A stretch of 63,688 bases of DNA, filler included, from Collodictyon triciliatum (taxonomy: Eukaryota): NCBI GenBank assembly GCA_043381765.1. It is 13 parts of 13 records of this genome, joined end to end, with 100 filler letters (N's around TTAATTAATTAA, not from the genome) between each part and the next. Parts side by side here need not be neighbours in the genome. Positions count along the whole stretch, not along the records: positions 10,011 to 14,874 come from JBHJMP010005646.1; positions 14,975 to 19,892 come from JBHJMP010005647.1; positions 19,993 to 24,909 come from JBHJMP010005648.1; positions 25,010 to 29,923 come from JBHJMP010005649.1; 9 more parts are not named here. One strand, 5' to 3'. Below are positions 12,463-27,009 of the stretch, piece by piece. The translations under genes were made by a program, and so were the position numbers. Position 1 is the stretch's first letter, and every line of letters starts with the position of its first letter. The notes under the pieces are model-generated. The model saw nothing but the letters and a program-made list of their open reading frames with translations, was not told the origin of the DNA and searched no databases.

Positions 12463-14115
12463 GGCTATGACTATGAGTATGAGTATGAGTATGATGATGA
12501 TTGATGATGATTGATGACTTTTTTTTCTTTCTTCGATTCAAGTGAAACTATAATTGATAACTTGATATAAAGTCATCACTAGAGAGCAGAGCATACAGGT
12601 AAGGAGTGTGAGATNNNNNNNNNNNNNNNNNNNNNNNNNNNNNNNNNNNNNNNNNNNNNNNNNNNNNNNNNNNNNNNNNNNNNNNNNNNNNNNNNNNNNN
12701 NNNNNNNNNNNNNNNNNNNNNNNNNNNNNNNNNNNNNNNNNNNNNNNNNNNNNNNNNNNNNNNNNNNNNNNNNNNNNNNNNNNNNNNNNNNNNNNNNNNN
12801 NNNNNNNNNNNNNNNNNNNNNNNNNNNNNNNNNNNNNNNNNNNNNNNNNNNNNNNNNNNNNNNNNNNNNNNNNNNNNNNNNNNNNNNNNNNNNNNNNNNN
12901 NNNNNNNNNNNNNNNNNNNNNNNNNNNNNNNNNNNNNNNNNNNNNNNNNNNNNNNNNNNNNNNNNNNNNNNNNNNNNNNNNNNNNNNNNNNNNNNNNNNN
13001 NNNNNNNNNNNNNNNNNNNNNNNNNNNNNNNNNNNNNNNNNNNNNNNNNNNNNNNNNNNNNNNNNNNNNNNNNNNNNNNNNNNNNNNNNNNNNNNNNNNN
13101 NNNNNNNNNNNNNNNNNNNNNNNNNNNNNNNNNNNNNNNNNNNNNNNNNNNNNNNNNNNNNNNNNNNNNNNNTTTTTTTTATAAAAAAAGTCAGATATTA
13201 GCGAACATAAGGTGGATGCAATGATTGGTCGGATTGATACTTAAACAGGTCACTGAGAATCCCCTTCTGTCATATGTGAAGGTTTTGTATGTAATACTGG
13301 TTCTACCTCGTGCTGCTTGTTAAGAGCTCGTATAACTTCATCAAATTGTTTCTTGTTATCTTCAAACCTTGGGAACGGATTTTTTTCCAATCATTAGTGA
13401 AAGATTAAGTTGGGCACAATGTTGTGATCTGTGTTGGGTTATTATATGCATCAGGTTATTTTGAATGACCGGATATCATTAGATAGTACCCAAATCCTTA
13501 CCACTGGTATAAGACGGTTTGTTCACCAGGGACACTTTCAGGAAGAAGCTGGGAGAAGGTGAATACTGGGACGGTGCGGCTCTGACGAGTGTGTGGATTG
13601 ACGACAGCATTCATCTTAAAATAGTGAACAAGAGCGTCCTGGTTCTTGTATTCCCCATCCAGTGTTAGAATGCAAGCGACATCATATCCGCGCATGACAA
13701 GAGCCTCATATGCCGTAAGTGTGACCGAGATTCCTCCGAGCTTCGGATCTGCCACAAGAACAACTGGATATCTCATTGGTCTGTACAGATCAGCCTGGAA
13801 TGAGAGCGTTGGGGACGGCGATAGTATTCCACCTGCTGTCTCTACCAAGGCCACAGCAGCACTCTCATCATCCTTCCGGTCTCTAAAGTATGCGGAGACA
13901 GTTTCCTGCAAGGACGCTTGAATCTGTGAATCCGGGACGATTCGGTTTTCCTCAGCAGCCGAGAGATGAGGCGACGCTGCCCTTCTCCACGAGTAAAGGC
14001 ACTTTGCAGTTAATCTCTCGTCTGCCTTGCAAAAGCGATGCACAAACTCGGCGTCACCAACGAGCTGGTCCTTGGCCATGTCGAAACCTGTTTGCACTGG
14101 CTTCACGTATAGAAT
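10381..14115 (-). CDS. BIO3-BIO1: Bifunctional dethiobiotin synthetase / 7,8-diaminopelargonic acid aminotransferase, 5'-partial with an internal N gap
   Basis: BioD motifs: YVKPVQTG, LVETAGGILSP, VLVADPKLGGISVTLTAYEAL. BioA motifs: DACGSWWTQGLGHG, YAAGRYGHVMFPE, VFYSDNGSSANEIALKMAF, GYHGDTIGAMD, LEPIIHGAGGM, PVIFDEIF, PDIGCYGKLLTGG, LLHGHSYTAH, ARPLGNVIY. Introns are GT-AG and the stop TAG is at 10381. The N-terminal GKT P-loop exon is not on the contig. Confidence 0.95.
12169..12460. repeat. Intronic compound microsatellite, (GACTAT)n then (GAT)n
   Basis: Directly visible; it produces the spurious DY/TM repeat ORFs. Confidence 0.95.
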
Positions 14116-14738
14116 CTACCAGAGGTTGGTTCCAAGGTCGATGGTATGATTGTTGTTTTGTTTTGTTTGTTTTTTGGTTAGGATGGTGCGAATAAACAGT
14201 TGTAGACATGCTTATATTATGGATGGATTCGCAGATACAAAGAATTGGTATATATGCAGAGCGTGCACATATGTATTTACACACAGAGGTATTACAATGT
14301 ATATACTTGGAAGATAGATATAAACATGAATGCATACAACGGATGTATAGATAACTTGTAAGGATGTGTGATTTTGAAGGACACACAAGTGGCATAGTAA
14401 GAAAGAAAAAAACAGGTATACAGATAGACAAGAAATTAGTTACAGAATAGACAGAATTTAATAAGGAAACATATCAAAACACGTATGATATGTTGGGGGT
14501 TGGGATTATGCTGACGAAGAGACGAAAGCTAGAGATGAGCAAAGGCGAGGTAATGGCATGAAGAAAAACTACACATTTTATATGCGGAGAAATAATGGAC
14601 ACATAAGATTTGTATTCTTCAGACTTTCTGTTGTTGTTGTCATAAAATGAAAAAGATGGGTTGATTTTCGAGTTAACCGCAATATTTGCGAGCCAACACT
14701 AACGGAAGCTACTATTTTTCGTATTAATATAAATTTAT

Positions 14739-14874
<136 letters not shown>

Positions 14875-14974
14875 NNNNNNNNNNNNNNNNNNNNNNNNNN
14901 NNNNNNNNNNNNNNNNNNTTAATTAATTAANNNNNNNNNNNNNNNNNNNNNNNNNNNNNNNNNNNNNNNNNNNN

Positions 14975-15080
<106 letters not shown>

Positions 15081-15164
15081 GCAACGTTGATGTACTAAAA
15101 TGAAATTAAAAAACATTCAAGTATCTGTAGTGATAGATAGAAATTTGGGCCAGGCGGAACCTAC

Positions 15165-15794
15165 TTTGCTCCCACCTCTGGAATTCCAACAAAGAGGAAA
15201 CTGGAATCAAAGACTCTGGTAATTCAGTTAGATATTGCTTCATGAGCATTGTAACATCATGAGGGTCCTGGATCGAAGCGACATCCACAGATTCACCTAA
15301 ATAATCAGGACTTAGCACATAGCTACGGGGAAGGGCTTATCTGCATACAAGTGATCGACTTATATTTAACCTAAAACATACCTGAGTTGACTGCGTTTAC
15401 GTAGTCAGCCACACGCTCTTCGTTTCCCGAAACAAGAAAGAGGTCCTGAACATCCATCGCTATGAAACAAATTAATCAGCGTTTGGCTCTGTAGACTAAT
15501 AATAATAATAATAATTTCAAAACAAAACAAGAACATAAAAGTTAGAGAAGGGACCGATAGGCCTCGACACTCGAAAGAGAATGGTTCAGACAAAATGAAG
15601 GTGGAGAGAGGGTTAGTGTAAGGTTCAGCTTCTTGCATAACGAGTAAGGATTATGGGAATCAATCAGCACCTTCGTTGACGATGTAGCTGACACAATCCT
15701 GGACTATCTTTGGAATACTGAGGCGAGATCCAGCGAGTATTTGCCTCTCCATCACAACGTCCAGCGATTCACCAAAGACAAGAATATCCGCCAT
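15165..15794 (-). CDS. RhoGAP-domain protein, 3'-partial, arginine finger substituted
   Basis: Spliced exons give MADILVFGESLDVVMERQ...IPKIVQDCVSYIVNE-AMDVQDLFLVSGNEERV...-DPHDVTMLMKQYLTELPESLIP. This matches the RhoGAP motifs FG.SL, IP.IV..C, LFRxSG and LKxxxRELPEPL. Confidence 0.85.
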
Positions 15795-15871
15795 GCTCCC
15801 TTCACTCTGGTGTTGTGTGGAAAGAAACCAGGGGTATATGAAGGTGTGTCGGACGTGGACAGATTGAAAAG

Positions 15872-16325
15872 CTTTTTTCTTTTCTTTTTCTTTTTTCTTT
15901 TTCTTTTTTCTTTTTTCTTTTTTCTTTTTCTTTTTCTTTTTCTTTTTTCTTTTTCTTTTTCTTTTTCTTTTTTCTTTTTTCTTTTTTCTTTTTTCTTTTT
16001 TCTTTTTTTTTTTTTTTTGTAAACCTTTCTGCTTATCTTTTCTTTTTCTTTTCTTTTCTTTTTCTTTTCTTTTCTTTTTTCTTTTCTTTTTTCTTTTTTC
16101 TTTTTTCTTTTTTCTTTTTTCTTTTTTCTTTTTTCTTTTTTCTTTTTTCTTTTTTCTTTTTCTTTTTTCTCTTTCTTTTTTCTTTTTCTTTTTTCTTTTT
16201 CTTTTATTTTCTTTTTTCTTTTTTCTTTTATTTTCTTTTTTCAATTTTCTTTTTTTTGTCTTTATTTCTCTTATCTTTTTCTCTTGTCTTTTTCTCTTAT
16301 CTTTTTCTATTATCTTTTTCATTTA
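15872..16325. repeat. Long (TTTTTC)n-like polypyrimidine low-complexity tract
   Basis: Directly visible; it gives rise to the Lys-rich pseudo-ORF 15660..16322. Confidence 0.9.
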
Positions 16326-16430
16326 AATTGTTTTTTCCCTTTTGGTTTTTGAAAATAATAGCTCGCAATTGCAAAGTTTTGCTGAGAAGTAATCACATTC
16401 TGGGAATAAAACTTTTTTATAATAGTACAC

Positions 16431-18414
16431 TGCCTTAAGCCAGAGCAAAACATGTCGTAAATATGTGCGAATGTATTCTGCACAAGTTTCCCATCGTTTC
16501 CATCTGCAAGCAAATGGCCCGTCGCTGAAATGTGTGATAAATGCGAAAATATCGACCGAAAGACCACCAAAACACACGAATATATCGAAGTTGAGAATAT
16601 CTTATGGAGTTATCAAGGAGAACGACTTGATCGAGGAGGTAGAAAGGAAAATCAACGCGATGGCTGAAATCAAGTCAAATGTCGAGAGCGAAATGAAAAA
16701 GGTTTATTCATGAAGTGCTCAAGCTATATATGTTTCTTTTCTTTTTTTCTGTTCATTTCCTCAAATATTCAATTCCTTAGATTGATGCTGAGGAGCGAGA
16801 CCAAAATGCAAAGATCGACAATTTGTACGATGATAATGTGCAGAAAGCAGCACAGCTGAAGGAGAAGCTGAAAGAAACTGTTATCATGCCTGTTATCATC
16901 GTTATTGTCCGATATTGACAATCTTAATTGTTTTTTTGTTGTGTGATTGTTTCCATAATTCTCTAAACATGGAAAATGATGATGCTAACCACGATAATTA
17001 ATTCAGGCTATTCTAGCCTTGCAGCCAGCGAGTAGCAAAATTAAGTACATACAGCATCGGATGGCGGCATCCGAGAACATTCTATGGCACTCCATAACCA
17101 CGCTCAGAAAGCCCAAGGAGATATACGAGCGCGACAGATTCGTGACCAAGCTTTTCAAGAGCGCCATATTTGCTCACACAGCTTTGCAGATAGACATCGA
17201 AGAAGTCGGCAATGTGGATGTGGAAAGCCGCAAGCAAGCATCGAGATTGGCGGCAACGTTGTGATAGGAGAAGGCTGGGTGCATGTGCTGAAGGAAATCC
17301 ACGCAAAGTGTGAGTCGGCCTTGGAGGAGCTGCGAAGAGAAAACACCGAGTGGCAGAGACTCATGAACGAGACAGACAAGCACATGAAAGAGTTGGAGCA
17401 TGAGGTACAAACGCATCGCGTAATGAAGGAACATATTGCAAAGATGGAGCAAAAGAAGATGAAATCAGAAGAGGAAATGAAGAGAATGGGCATGGACTTG
17501 TATCAGAAGCCGTGGAAATACAACATCAAAGACCATGTGTTTCAGAAGAAGGTCGGGTCAAATAGAAGTGAAGTCCTACAGTTTTCTAATCCATGGGGAA
17601 TCGCAGCTCATCCAAAGACAAAGCAAATATTCGTTGTTGATTGCAGTAACCATCACGCTCAAGTACTGAATGAATGTTTGAGCTTTTCCTGTAGGTTTGG
17701 CACGAATGGCTCAGGCCCAAGCCAATCCAGCAATCCAATCGGAATCACCATTTCGCATGATGGATGCATCGCTGTTTGTGACCGTTCCAGTCATCGTGTG
17801 CAAATCTTTGATGATAACTTCAAGATGATTGAGACAATCCAATCGGGTCGCAAAAGAAGCACACAAAGCACAGAATCCAGTGAGTTTGGCGGATTCTACA
17901 ATCCATTTAATGCATGTTTTGACAGAGAAGGCAATCTTTATGTTACAAACTATGGCAAGAATCAATTAGACAAGTTCAACCGTGTGTTTGAGTACGAACG
18001 CTCGTTTGCGAGAGCATCCTCTGGCGATTAAGGAATCGCATCCCCGGAGGGCATTTGTGTGACTGCAAAGAGCGAAGTGTGTGATTGGACACGGCGGAGA
18101 CAAAGTTAATATTTATTATGTGATGGGGAGATTTCTGCGCACTGTCAGAATCAATAATGTGCCGGGTCATGTTTCGATTGCAGAAGGTCCAAACAACACA
18201 ATTGTGGCGAGTGAACGTGGAAATAATCACATCCGCGTTTATGACACGACAAAAGACAATGTCGTTGTTCACACGGTTGGCACATCGTCGCAATCTTCAT
18301 CAAATGATGGACAGTTTCATAGTCCGATGAGATTCTTCTTTGATCCGGATCAGAAACTCTATGTTTGCGAGTATGCAAAATCATTGCATACAAGTGTTTG
18401 GAAAAAGTGAATGA
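16431..18414 (+). pseudogene. Disrupted B-box / coiled-coil / NHL-repeat (TRIM-NHL-like) gene
   Basis: It contains a B-box-like CDKC...THEYIEV segment, coiled-coil exons and NHL repeats (QFSNPWGIA..IFVVDCSNHHAQV, NPIGITI..VCDRSSHRVQIF, QFHSPMRFFF..LYVCEY). An in-frame TAA at 18029-18031 is followed by GIASPEGICV. Frameshifts occur near 16610, 17230, 18075 and 18378. Confidence 0.7.
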
Positions 18415-19252
18415 GAATGCGTTTGGAGAGAACGACACAGAAAAATCCTAAAAGGAGGATGAAAAGGTAGAATTAGAAAATTCTGATTGAATAAAAACTA
18501 AACAGATTATCGCAGTTATTTGTGTGTATTTATGAAAATGCCGAATAGTAAAAATGGATGTCAATATTTAATTTGGTTTTATTTGATAATATCATTTTGC
18601 AATAAATCCTAGCATGATTACGCGCAATAACTCGGCATCATTCATCTTCCTTCATAATCAATCTCGCTTCGAGAAATTGATTCTTCATCAACCATTCAAA
18701 CATGATAAACTGCGATAAAGTAATGCGGCCCACAAAACACCTCTTGAAAAACGAGGACTGTGTTGTAAACCTTCGAGAAAAGTCATAACCAGTTCTATGC
18801 TTCGTTAATCTCTGGGGAAAAAAAAGCAGCCAACCGCGGAATGTGATGGAAGTCCGAAGCTACTGTCGAAAGGATGTGATTTTTTTATCGGTGAATCCTG
18901 ATTCCAACCTCGGACTTTTGTATCAACAGAGGAAAAGGGGAAGAAATGAAGCTGTTTTTATAAAGACTGCGCCTTCCTACTCGCTCTATAATTATATTCA
19001 TTTGTTAGACATGGCATCAGAAAGCTGCATATTTATTGAACAGCAAATTTTGGACAGAGCTTCGAAATGTATTATATCCCTGTAAAAGGCGTATTCTTTC
19101 CTATCAAATGCAAGCGAATGAAACCCTTCTGCAGAATCATGAGTAATAAAGTCCTCTTTTCTTTTTTTTCTTTTTTTTTGAGGAAGAAAAAGACTCCTTT
19201 TTGTTTGGGATTGGCAAAATAAACTTTCTTGCAGATATCCAAAAGATTCTGA

Positions 19253-19684
19253 CATCCAGACTTTTCCTTCCAATACAAAACAACTTACATCGAACAAGAA
19301 ACTTGTTCCCACCAATATCTGGTGACGGAAATCCCCTTTGGTTTTGCACAAAAGCCACACGGATGCAACAAGCCTCAACTCGACGACAAGAACGTGGTCT
19401 ACGAGCTCTACCGGACGCGACCGATGAAGCGAGCAGCGGGGCTGCAGGAGAAGAGACTCTACCCGGCCGGCTGCGTGGTGCGCCTGGTGGGCGAGTACAC
19501 TGAGACACTGACGCACGCCACACGCCTGCGCTTGTTGGAGCAGCTGTGCGAAGTCCACCACACCCGCGAGTGCGCCACGGAGGGCGTTGAGCTGCTGGCA
19601 TCCGACCTGTCGAGAGGCCTGGGCCTTGCGTACCCCCGCAGGGAAACGGCCGAGCGCTTTGCCCCACAACAAAGGCGAAGCTAA
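19253..19684 (+). CDS. GC-rich open reading frame fragment, function unknown
   Basis: The open frame ends in TAA at 19684 and has strongly GC3-biased codons from about 19340. It includes RLYPAGCVVRL, a weak resemblance to the LYPPG motif at the C-terminus of class-3 lipases. Confidence 0.35.
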   Translation, partial: HPDFSFQYKTTYIEQETCSHQYLVTEIPFGFAQKPHGCNKPQLDDKNVVYELYRTRPMKRAAGLQEKRLYPAGCVVRLVGEYTETLTHATRLRLLEQLCEVHHTRECATEGVELLASDLSRGLGLAYPRRETAERFAPQQRRS

Positions 19685-20616
19685 ATCACAGCTCGCGCCG
19701 ATTCCAGAGTCAGCGCACACACCAACCCAGGCAAACCCCCCGCCAACCCCAAAGACTCTACAAGAGGCTCCCCATCCACTGCGGACAAAGACCCAAACGT
19801 GCCCTCCAACTCGGCAGGCACGCTCACAGGCAAAGCCGCACCCAACGCCGCCCCACAGCGGACACAAACAAAGCCCGTCGCCACCCAAGCGANNNNNNNN
19901 NNNNNNNNNNNNNNNNNNNNNNNNNNNNNNNNNNNNTTAATTAATTAANNNNNNNNNNNNNNNNNNNNNNNNNNNNNNNNNNNNNNNNNNNNCCCCCAAT
20001 CAATACCCCCCCTCCCTTTTTTTTTTTTTCTCATACTCGTGGGACATTATCACGCGTTCCCAAAAGAAATCCATGCGTCTCTTATCAAGCCTCAAGGACC
20101 TCTCTTTTCCCTTTTTTCTTTATTTTTATCCCTGTTTTTTCTTTTCTATCTCCCACACATCCCCACCTACTTTGGAACTACTTGCCTGATGGCTGAATGA
20201 AAGATTGTTGAGACGGGCTCAGCAGCTAAGACTTTTAGAATAAAAAAAATGTTATTACATATTATGTTGACATAATTTGTGGGCAATACCCCTTGTTTTG
20301 TGTGATTTTTCTTTCGACAGATCAACCCGCCTGTCAAATGAAGGGAAACTCCACAGAAAATTTGAACATCGAGTAAACGGATTCTTCCATATTGGAATTT
20401 CATAGTTAATCGAAATTTGTAAATTATATTCTAATTTAAGATATATTCATTGAACTATTTCCATCTTTGAGGTTAGATTAGAAGCCTTTTTTGGCATTCT
20501 TGCTCGTGTGCTCGTCGCTGCGGTGCAAGACGCTGGGTCGGAAGAATGGATGTCAGTAAGCTGTCAAAATCGTTGCAGATCCTTGGGTGTTTTTGCTTTT
20601 ATGAGAGGTTATGGGA

Positions 20617-23600
20617 CTAGTCAAGAGGCCTGTAGAGATGTCCACTTGTCGCATTTTCGGTGTGGTGGTGGTAGAATCCAGGGATGGGCTAATATGTGTC
20701 GAGTAGAAGTTGTCATATGAAACTTTGGGATTCACCAAATGATTACATTTATGAGCCAATTGACAGATTTTTTTTTTTAAAAAAAAACTTATAAAATTCC
20801 ATGGCATTAGAAAACCAATGGAGAGAAAAAATAAAACACATGTATAAAAGGGACCACCCCTTCGTACAAAACAAAACCAAACAAAAAATAAGAAAGGGAG
20901 GGATATACGAAACGAGACTTATTCAGAGAGGCAAAATTGTGTCGTCGTGATTATCAAGGGGGTTCTTCTTTTACAAGGGGAAACTGACCTGTCCATACAT
21001 AGCAGACATTCGTTGGGGATAGATAATGCTTTGTGGGATAGTAGAGTGATAACCATGACCCCAGCTCTGGTCAAGATTTAAATATAAGTAAATAAATATA
21101 ACAAAAGCAGGATGTCCTTTCAAATCGTCAAATTCTCTATCTTGATGTATTTCCGAAAAAAACACACACACAAATGATTCGCCAAAATCCTCTAGGAACC
21201 TTATTAGACCGCAATATGCTACCTGGTTGGTTGAGTGGCTCAGAACCACAGCAGGGCCAGTGCTAGTCTCCTTTAAACTGGACGACCTTGTCAGCGTACG
21301 AGCCACTTCCGGTTTTGCACTGGACTGAGCAAAGAACTAAGATGTATTTGAAGTGATGGTATGAGGTGACTGGCTAAACAGTGACCACAGATACACATCC
21401 AAACAAGTCTACTCGGTACTTACTCCAGGATGAGCATACGGATATGCTGGAGGGAGGACTGAAGTATGTACTGCAGTTGCCCCCATAAGATGAGATATAA
21501 TTGGTTGCTGTGGATGTTGATATATCGGTTGCTGGAGAGGAGGTTGTTGGAGAGGTTGTTGGAGAGGAAGTTGCTGAAGGGGAGGTTGCTGGAGAGGAGG
21601 TTGTTGGAGAGGAAGTTGCTGAAGGGGAGGTTGCTGAAGAGGCTGTTTCACAAAGGAGACAACTGGTGACGGATTAGCATCCAGATCTTGAATTTTCCTG
21701 TAAAGCATAATGTATATTGTGTCAAAAAGGTGACTTATTGCAGATAGAGCAGAAAGTGGGAGCTTATATCAAATCTTAGCGAGCAATAGTATTGAATGAG
21801 AACTTCATACAGTATGATCCATTTCGTTATGGTAAACAATATAATTTTACTCATGCGTCTTTGGTAACATTTCTCGAACTTTGAGAATTTGCTCATTGAT
21901 AAGAGCTTTACTTCGTCTATATGCACTTATTTCTTGTTGGATATCCTAGCAGTGTCGGGTAAGTGATGAAAAAAATATTTTAAAAAGAATTACCAACCAT
22001 ATCTCTATTCAATCTTGTTCACGCATTCAAATGGGGAGATGACTATATCGTATTTCACCATTGAACGCTGTTCTAACTCTTGTGCCTTTTTTTTATACTC
22101 GATGATTTGCTTCCGAGTTGGTGGTGCGCCTCCTGTTTGTTCCCATGACCTATAGCATAATTTGTATCATGAAAAGAATCAACTATATTGCCTGGGGTGA
22201 AAATCGAAGGGGAAATATAGCCATTTATTTTTATTACAAAGGTACTTTTATTTTCAACTTGATACATGCTCTTACGTGCTAGAGTCGACAAAACCGTCTA
22301 GTTTACCAAAGGAACTGGAAGCTGCAGAAATATCCGAGGAAGAACTTTCTAACTGGACATCAATAAGAGCAAGCTGTTCATCTATGTCATCCTTTTGTTT
22401 CTACAAGAAAATATTAAATTGGAAATGGAATAAAATCTAATTAAATATAGAAATCGTTGGTAGGACAACTGAATGAAGAAATATTGAAAAGTAGTTTACA
22501 GCAAATATTAGGCTTTTTTTTTTAAAAAAAAATGTTTTCCAAATATCATTTTTCTTACAGAAGTTAGTAATATATTAATAATTAACAATAATTAATAAAG
22601 GTAACCAGTAATTTATCGATCTCCTCCTTTTTGGTAGTGTAGTCCCTCTCCAAACTCTCCAAGCGCTTTTCAAGGTTAACCTTTTATCCAGTTATTGAGC
22701 AGAATAAAAAATCGGTCAGAAAAATTGATCTGCGCAATGACCAACACAATGTACTTTCATATCAACTTCCGACTTCAAAATGAATATCAATAATCAGAAA
22801 AACCTTTAATGCGGCATATTTTTGTTTTTCTTTCTTCTTTTCCGCATACAGCACCCTTAAATGTGTCCAATCCCAGGGATTTGTTTGTTTCAATGATTGG
22901 TCTGGCAATTTATTCATTCCCTATGATTGTGAATGATGTCAAAGAGAAGTCGACAAAGCTGCTCAGAGAATCGCGCTAAGACCAATTGGTAAATATGTGC
23001 TCTATGTAAATGATCAATTCCAGAAATAGGGTCTTAATAGGTTGCTGGGTAAGTATGAAGACCTCGAATGCGCCTGCTTTGCCAGGATTAATTCCCACCA
23101 ATGTTGTGTCCTCCCTCTGAAATTCTTGCCATATTCTGTCAGAGTAATTTTTTTTCGTTAATACAAGAAAAAATTGAAGTGGAGACTCACCAAATGTAAG
23201 GCTATGTTCTTGTTCTTTAGACAGTCATATGTCATGGACGATTAAATCATATTCATTAGTGGAGTTTCTAGTTGGATTGAGTGTAAACATACCTTTCTCG
23301 GTAATGAGAATGATATTGAGTTATGGTTGCGTTCATCGAGAGTGATGATTTAAGGTCCTCGACGAGGGGTGATGGCCGTAGGATTTCTTGAAGCCTGACC
23401 TGGTGTTCCCTCGTTTTATCGATGGACTCTGATTGCTTTGACTCCAAGAAAGCCACCTGAAGTCAGAAAATGCCATGGAATGCGTTATCCATAAAACATG
23501 TGTTTCTTTCTTTTTTGGCTTTATCTAAGAAAAATGATAAAACCCAGGTAGATAACACGAGATTCGGCGTGTGATGGTATCAGGTGAATATGAAACAAAT

Positions 23601-24505
23601 ATACATTAAAGCCAGTCCAAGGGATTCGCAAATTTTTGTGAGACACAAAAGAGCAATATACATTATTCACGGTTAATGTATTAGATTCAAATGTTATGTA
23701 GACCCCTCCATGAAAATACCTTGGCTGATACACGCTGTAGATGCACAGAGACAACGTACAATAGATTGTAAAGCGAAGACCTTTCCACGTTTTTCCACTC
23801 ATCATCTGTTCCAAGAGCGTGCTCGTCGGGCGTTCTAGGATGGCCAATCGCCGAATAATACAATATTTACAACTCAGATGTCTGATTCATATATCTTCTG
23901 TACGAGTGATGCAAACAATAGGATCTGGAAATGTGCGTAGAGAATGGGAAGAGAAGTGATGAGAATCATGACAGTATATGATACCGTTGCAGACGAAGTT
24001 CCATTTGCCTATAAATTAAATCTTTCAGATGTGTTTGAAGTAAATGCTCTGAAGTAGCAAGCTCATCCACCAAAGCAGTGGCCAGTTCGTTAACTCTATG
24101 ATGAGTTGCATATGAGCGATGGTGGGTACTTGAGAAAGTTGCATAGAATTATTAGTTCAATTATTCGTTTGTTATTATTTCCATGATCATGATTATGATT
24201 ATTATAATTATATTTTACGAAGGGCACCCAAGAAAAAACAACTGCCGCAAACTTTCAAACTTACAAGACTTGATCCTCGTGCTGCATTTTGGTATAATGG
24301 CGATTGGAAACCTTCACAAGTTCTGCAAGCGGCGAGGAGGCTGCGATCTGTTGTCTGTTCGAACGTGCTCAGAGTTAGCTGCTTGCTCATCGTTCAAAAG
24401 GCGATCGCCATTTCCGCCGTGGAGTTACTGTTTGAATTTTTGAGTGAATTTTTGTTTAAATTTTGTTGGAGATATGGAATGTTCGTCTATTCGGTCGAAA
24501 TCCAT
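20617..24505 (-). CDS. Hypothetical multi-exon coiled-coil protein with a Pro/Gln-rich C-terminal region
   Basis: GT-AG exons from about 23450 to the stop TAG at 20617 are frame-consistent, e.g. VNLEKRLESLERDYTTKKEEIDKLL, DIQQEISAYRRSKALINEQILKV and (QQPPL)n. The 5' exons and start codon are uncertain. Confidence 0.6.
21527..21645 (-). repeat. Coding 15-bp minisatellite encoding (QQPPL/QQLPL)n
   Basis: About 8 units are directly visible. Confidence 0.85.
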
Positions 24506-24649
24506 TCTGGGAATGAGGCAAAGCAACCCCGCTTTTTGTTTTTGTTCCTCGGCAACGATTCTCGCACAAGCTGTCACCTTCCCTCCCCTTGGCTTGGAGG
24601 CGCCAAAAGCAAATAACCTTATGCCTGGTGAGCGAGACAAACAGAGAAA

Positions 24650-24909
24650 GAAAAAAAGAGAAATAGAAACAAGAAAAACAAAAAAAAAAGCCCAAAAAAA
24701 GAAACAAAATAGAAAAAGAAAGAAAGAAAAAAAAGAAAAATAGAAACAAGAAAAACAAAAAAAAAGCCCAAAAAAAGAACAAAATAGAAAAAGACAAAAG
24801 GAACAAAATAGAAAAAAGAAACAAAAAGAAACAAAAAGAAACAAAAAGAAACAAAAAGAAACAAAAAGAAACAAAAAGAAACAAAAAGAAACAAAAAGAA
24901 ACAAAAAGA
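24650..24909. repeat. A-rich (AAAAAGAAAC)n repeat at contig edge
   Basis: Directly visible. Confidence 0.9.
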
Positions 24910-25267
24910 NNNNNNNNNNNNNNNNNNNNNNNNNNNNNNNNNNNNNNNNNNNNTTAATTAATTAANNNNNNNNNNNNNNNNNNNNNNNNNNNNNNNNNNN
25001 NNNNNNNNNTTCTCTTTCTCTTTCTCTTTCTCTTTCTCTTTCTCTTTCTCTTTCTCTTTCTCTTTCTCTTTCTCTTTCTCTTTCTCTTTCTCTTTCTCTC
25101 TTTTTTTTATCCCTTTAGTTTCGAGAGAAACTTCTTTGAGGCTCACATCGTATCGCGTGGCAATACATATCAAATGGCATTGTTGCTCTTGGTTGATTTG
25201 CTAAGGGATAAGAATAATCATAATAACACTAATACTAATACTAATTAATCTCTTAGAGGCCTGACAA

Positions 25268-27009
<1,742 letters not shown>

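Noticed and set aside
12015-12504. DY-repeat and TM-repeat ORFs, and similar poly-K, poly-F, poly-I, poly-Y and VLFCF ORFs elsewhere
   Set aside because: They are translations of microsatellites in introns or intergenic DNA.
18029-18031. In-frame TAA as evidence of stop-codon reassignment
   Set aside because: The same gene has frameshifts. Other genes have no internal TAA/TAG and end in TAA (LOG), TAG (Rab, BIO3-BIO1) or TGA (pelota, golgin).
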